16,376 nucleotides of DNA from a candidate division WOR-3 bacterium (GTDB lineage: Bacteria; Hydrothermota; Tepidihabitantia; Tepidihabitantales; CAIPLT01). Every line of letters starts with the position of its first letter. The first letter of the stretch is position 1. Shown here in pieces: positions 15,589-16,376 of the stretch. The stretch covers positions 1 to 16,376 of the forward strand of contig CBFGJZ010000033.1 of NCBI GenBank assembly GCA_965649215.1. Reading direction: 5' to 3'. The notes beneath the pieces were generated by a model. That model saw only the letters and a program-made list of their open reading frames with translations, did no database searches and was not told the DNA's origin. The position numbers and the translations under genes were made by a program.

Positions 15589-16376
15589 ATGACAAGATAT
15601 GTAAAACTAATCTTGTTGATAATGTTTATGGGTGTATCATTACTCCAATCAGAAGAATTATCTTACAAGTCCAAAGACCCAAATCCATATTTTGTCATAA
15701 AGGCTTATGATAAATATGGTTATATTGATAATAATGGTAAACTTGTGATCGGCCTGCGATTCGATGATGCTTGGTGTTTTTCCGAAGGTCTGGCGGCTGT
15801 ATTAGTTGGCGACAAATGGGGTTATATTGATAAGACCGGCAAGATTGTGATTTCTCCGCAATTCAATTGGGTTGATGATTTTTCTGAAGGTCTGGCGTGT
15901 GTAAAAATTAGCGGCAAATATGGTTATATTGATAAGACCGGTAAATATGTTATTGAGCCGCAATTCGATGGCAATGGGAATTTTTCCGAAGGACTGGCAA
16001 GAGTGACAATTGGCAAAAAATATGGTTATATTGATAAGACCGGTAAGGTTGTTATCAATCCGCAATTTGATGCAGCGGGTAGTTTTTGTGAAGGTCTGGC
16101 TGTTGTAAGAATTGGTGATGATAAGAAATATAAAGAGGGTTATATTGATAAGAGTGGCCAGTATGTTATTAAGCCACAATTTGCCGATGCGGGGAATTTT
16201 TCCGAAGGGTTGGCTTATGTAAAAATTGGCAATAAATATGGTTATATTGACAAGACCGGTGAGATTGTTATAAAGCCAAAATTTGATGATGCTTGGGATT
16301 TTTCTGACGGACTGGCAAGAGTAAAAATTGGCAAAAAATATGGTTATATTGATAAAACGGGTAAGGTTGTTATCAA
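15589..16376 (+). CDS. WG-repeat (KWG / WG_beta_rep-type) secreted protein, 3' end outside the window
   Basis: Translated by hand from ATG 15589 (SD GGAGG at 15580-15584). Signal peptide MTRYVKLILLIMFMGVSLLQS, then repeats of FSEGLAxVxIGxKYGYIDKTGKxVIxPQFDxAxx, open to the window end. Confidence 0.95.
   Translation, partial: MTRYVKLILLIMFMGVSLLQSEELSYKSKDPNPYFVIKAYDKYGYIDNNGKLVIGLRFDDAWCFSEGLAAVLVGDKWGYIDKTGKIVISPQFNWVDDFSEGLACVKISGKYGYIDKTGKYVIEPQFDGNGNFSEGLARVTIGKKYGYIDKTGKVVINPQFDAAGSFCEGLAVVRIGDDKKYKEGYIDKSGQYVIKPQFADAGNFSEGLAYVKIGNKYGYIDKTGEIVIKPKFDDAWDFSDGLARVKIGKKYGYIDKTGKVVI
15712..16376 (+). repeat. Intragenic tandem repeat with a 102-bp (34-aa) period, 7 GYID cores visible
   Basis: GGTTATATTGA begins at 15718, 15820, 15922, 16024, 16138, 16240 and 16342 (spacings 102, 102, 102, 114, 102, 102). 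Confidence 0.92.

Noticed and set aside
15802-16179. 125-aa minus-strand repetitive ORF
   Set aside because: Antisense shadow of the WG-repeat gene; its periodicity derives from the + strand repeats.
15712-16376. Regularly spaced repeats as a possible CRISPR array
   Set aside because: The period is a multiple of 3 within an open frame, the intervening sequences are homologous to each other, and no cas genes are present.

Overview
AT-rich bacterial chromosomal window in which almost every gene encodes a predicted cell-envelope or secreted protein. The core is a tightly coupled + strand operon (4462-12312): a lipoprotein, a TonB-dependent receptor with a carboxypeptidase-regulatory-like N-terminal domain, a 946-aa secreted protein with a T9SS-like C-terminal sorting domain, and a PorV/PorQ-family beta-barrel, ending at an intrinsic terminator. 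Two clan CD cysteine proteases flank it: a Kgp-like gingipain (C25, minus strand, runs off the left edge, absent from the ORF track) and a clostripain (C11) with a C-terminal FlgD/T9SS-like domain. Also present are a small outer-membrane beta-barrel, a structured palindromic repeat element between convergent genes, a secreted alpha/beta hydrolase and a WG-repeat protein that runs off the right edge (also absent from the ORF track). Consensus sigma70 promoters and strong Shine-Dalgarno sites argue against a Bacteroidota host and for an FCB-associated lineage such as WOR-3 (inference). The main hypothesis is a SusC/D-independent uptake module (TBDR + CTD cargo + dedicated PorV) coupled to Lys/Arg-specific proteases. 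All family calls come from motif recognition by eye; no database search was run.
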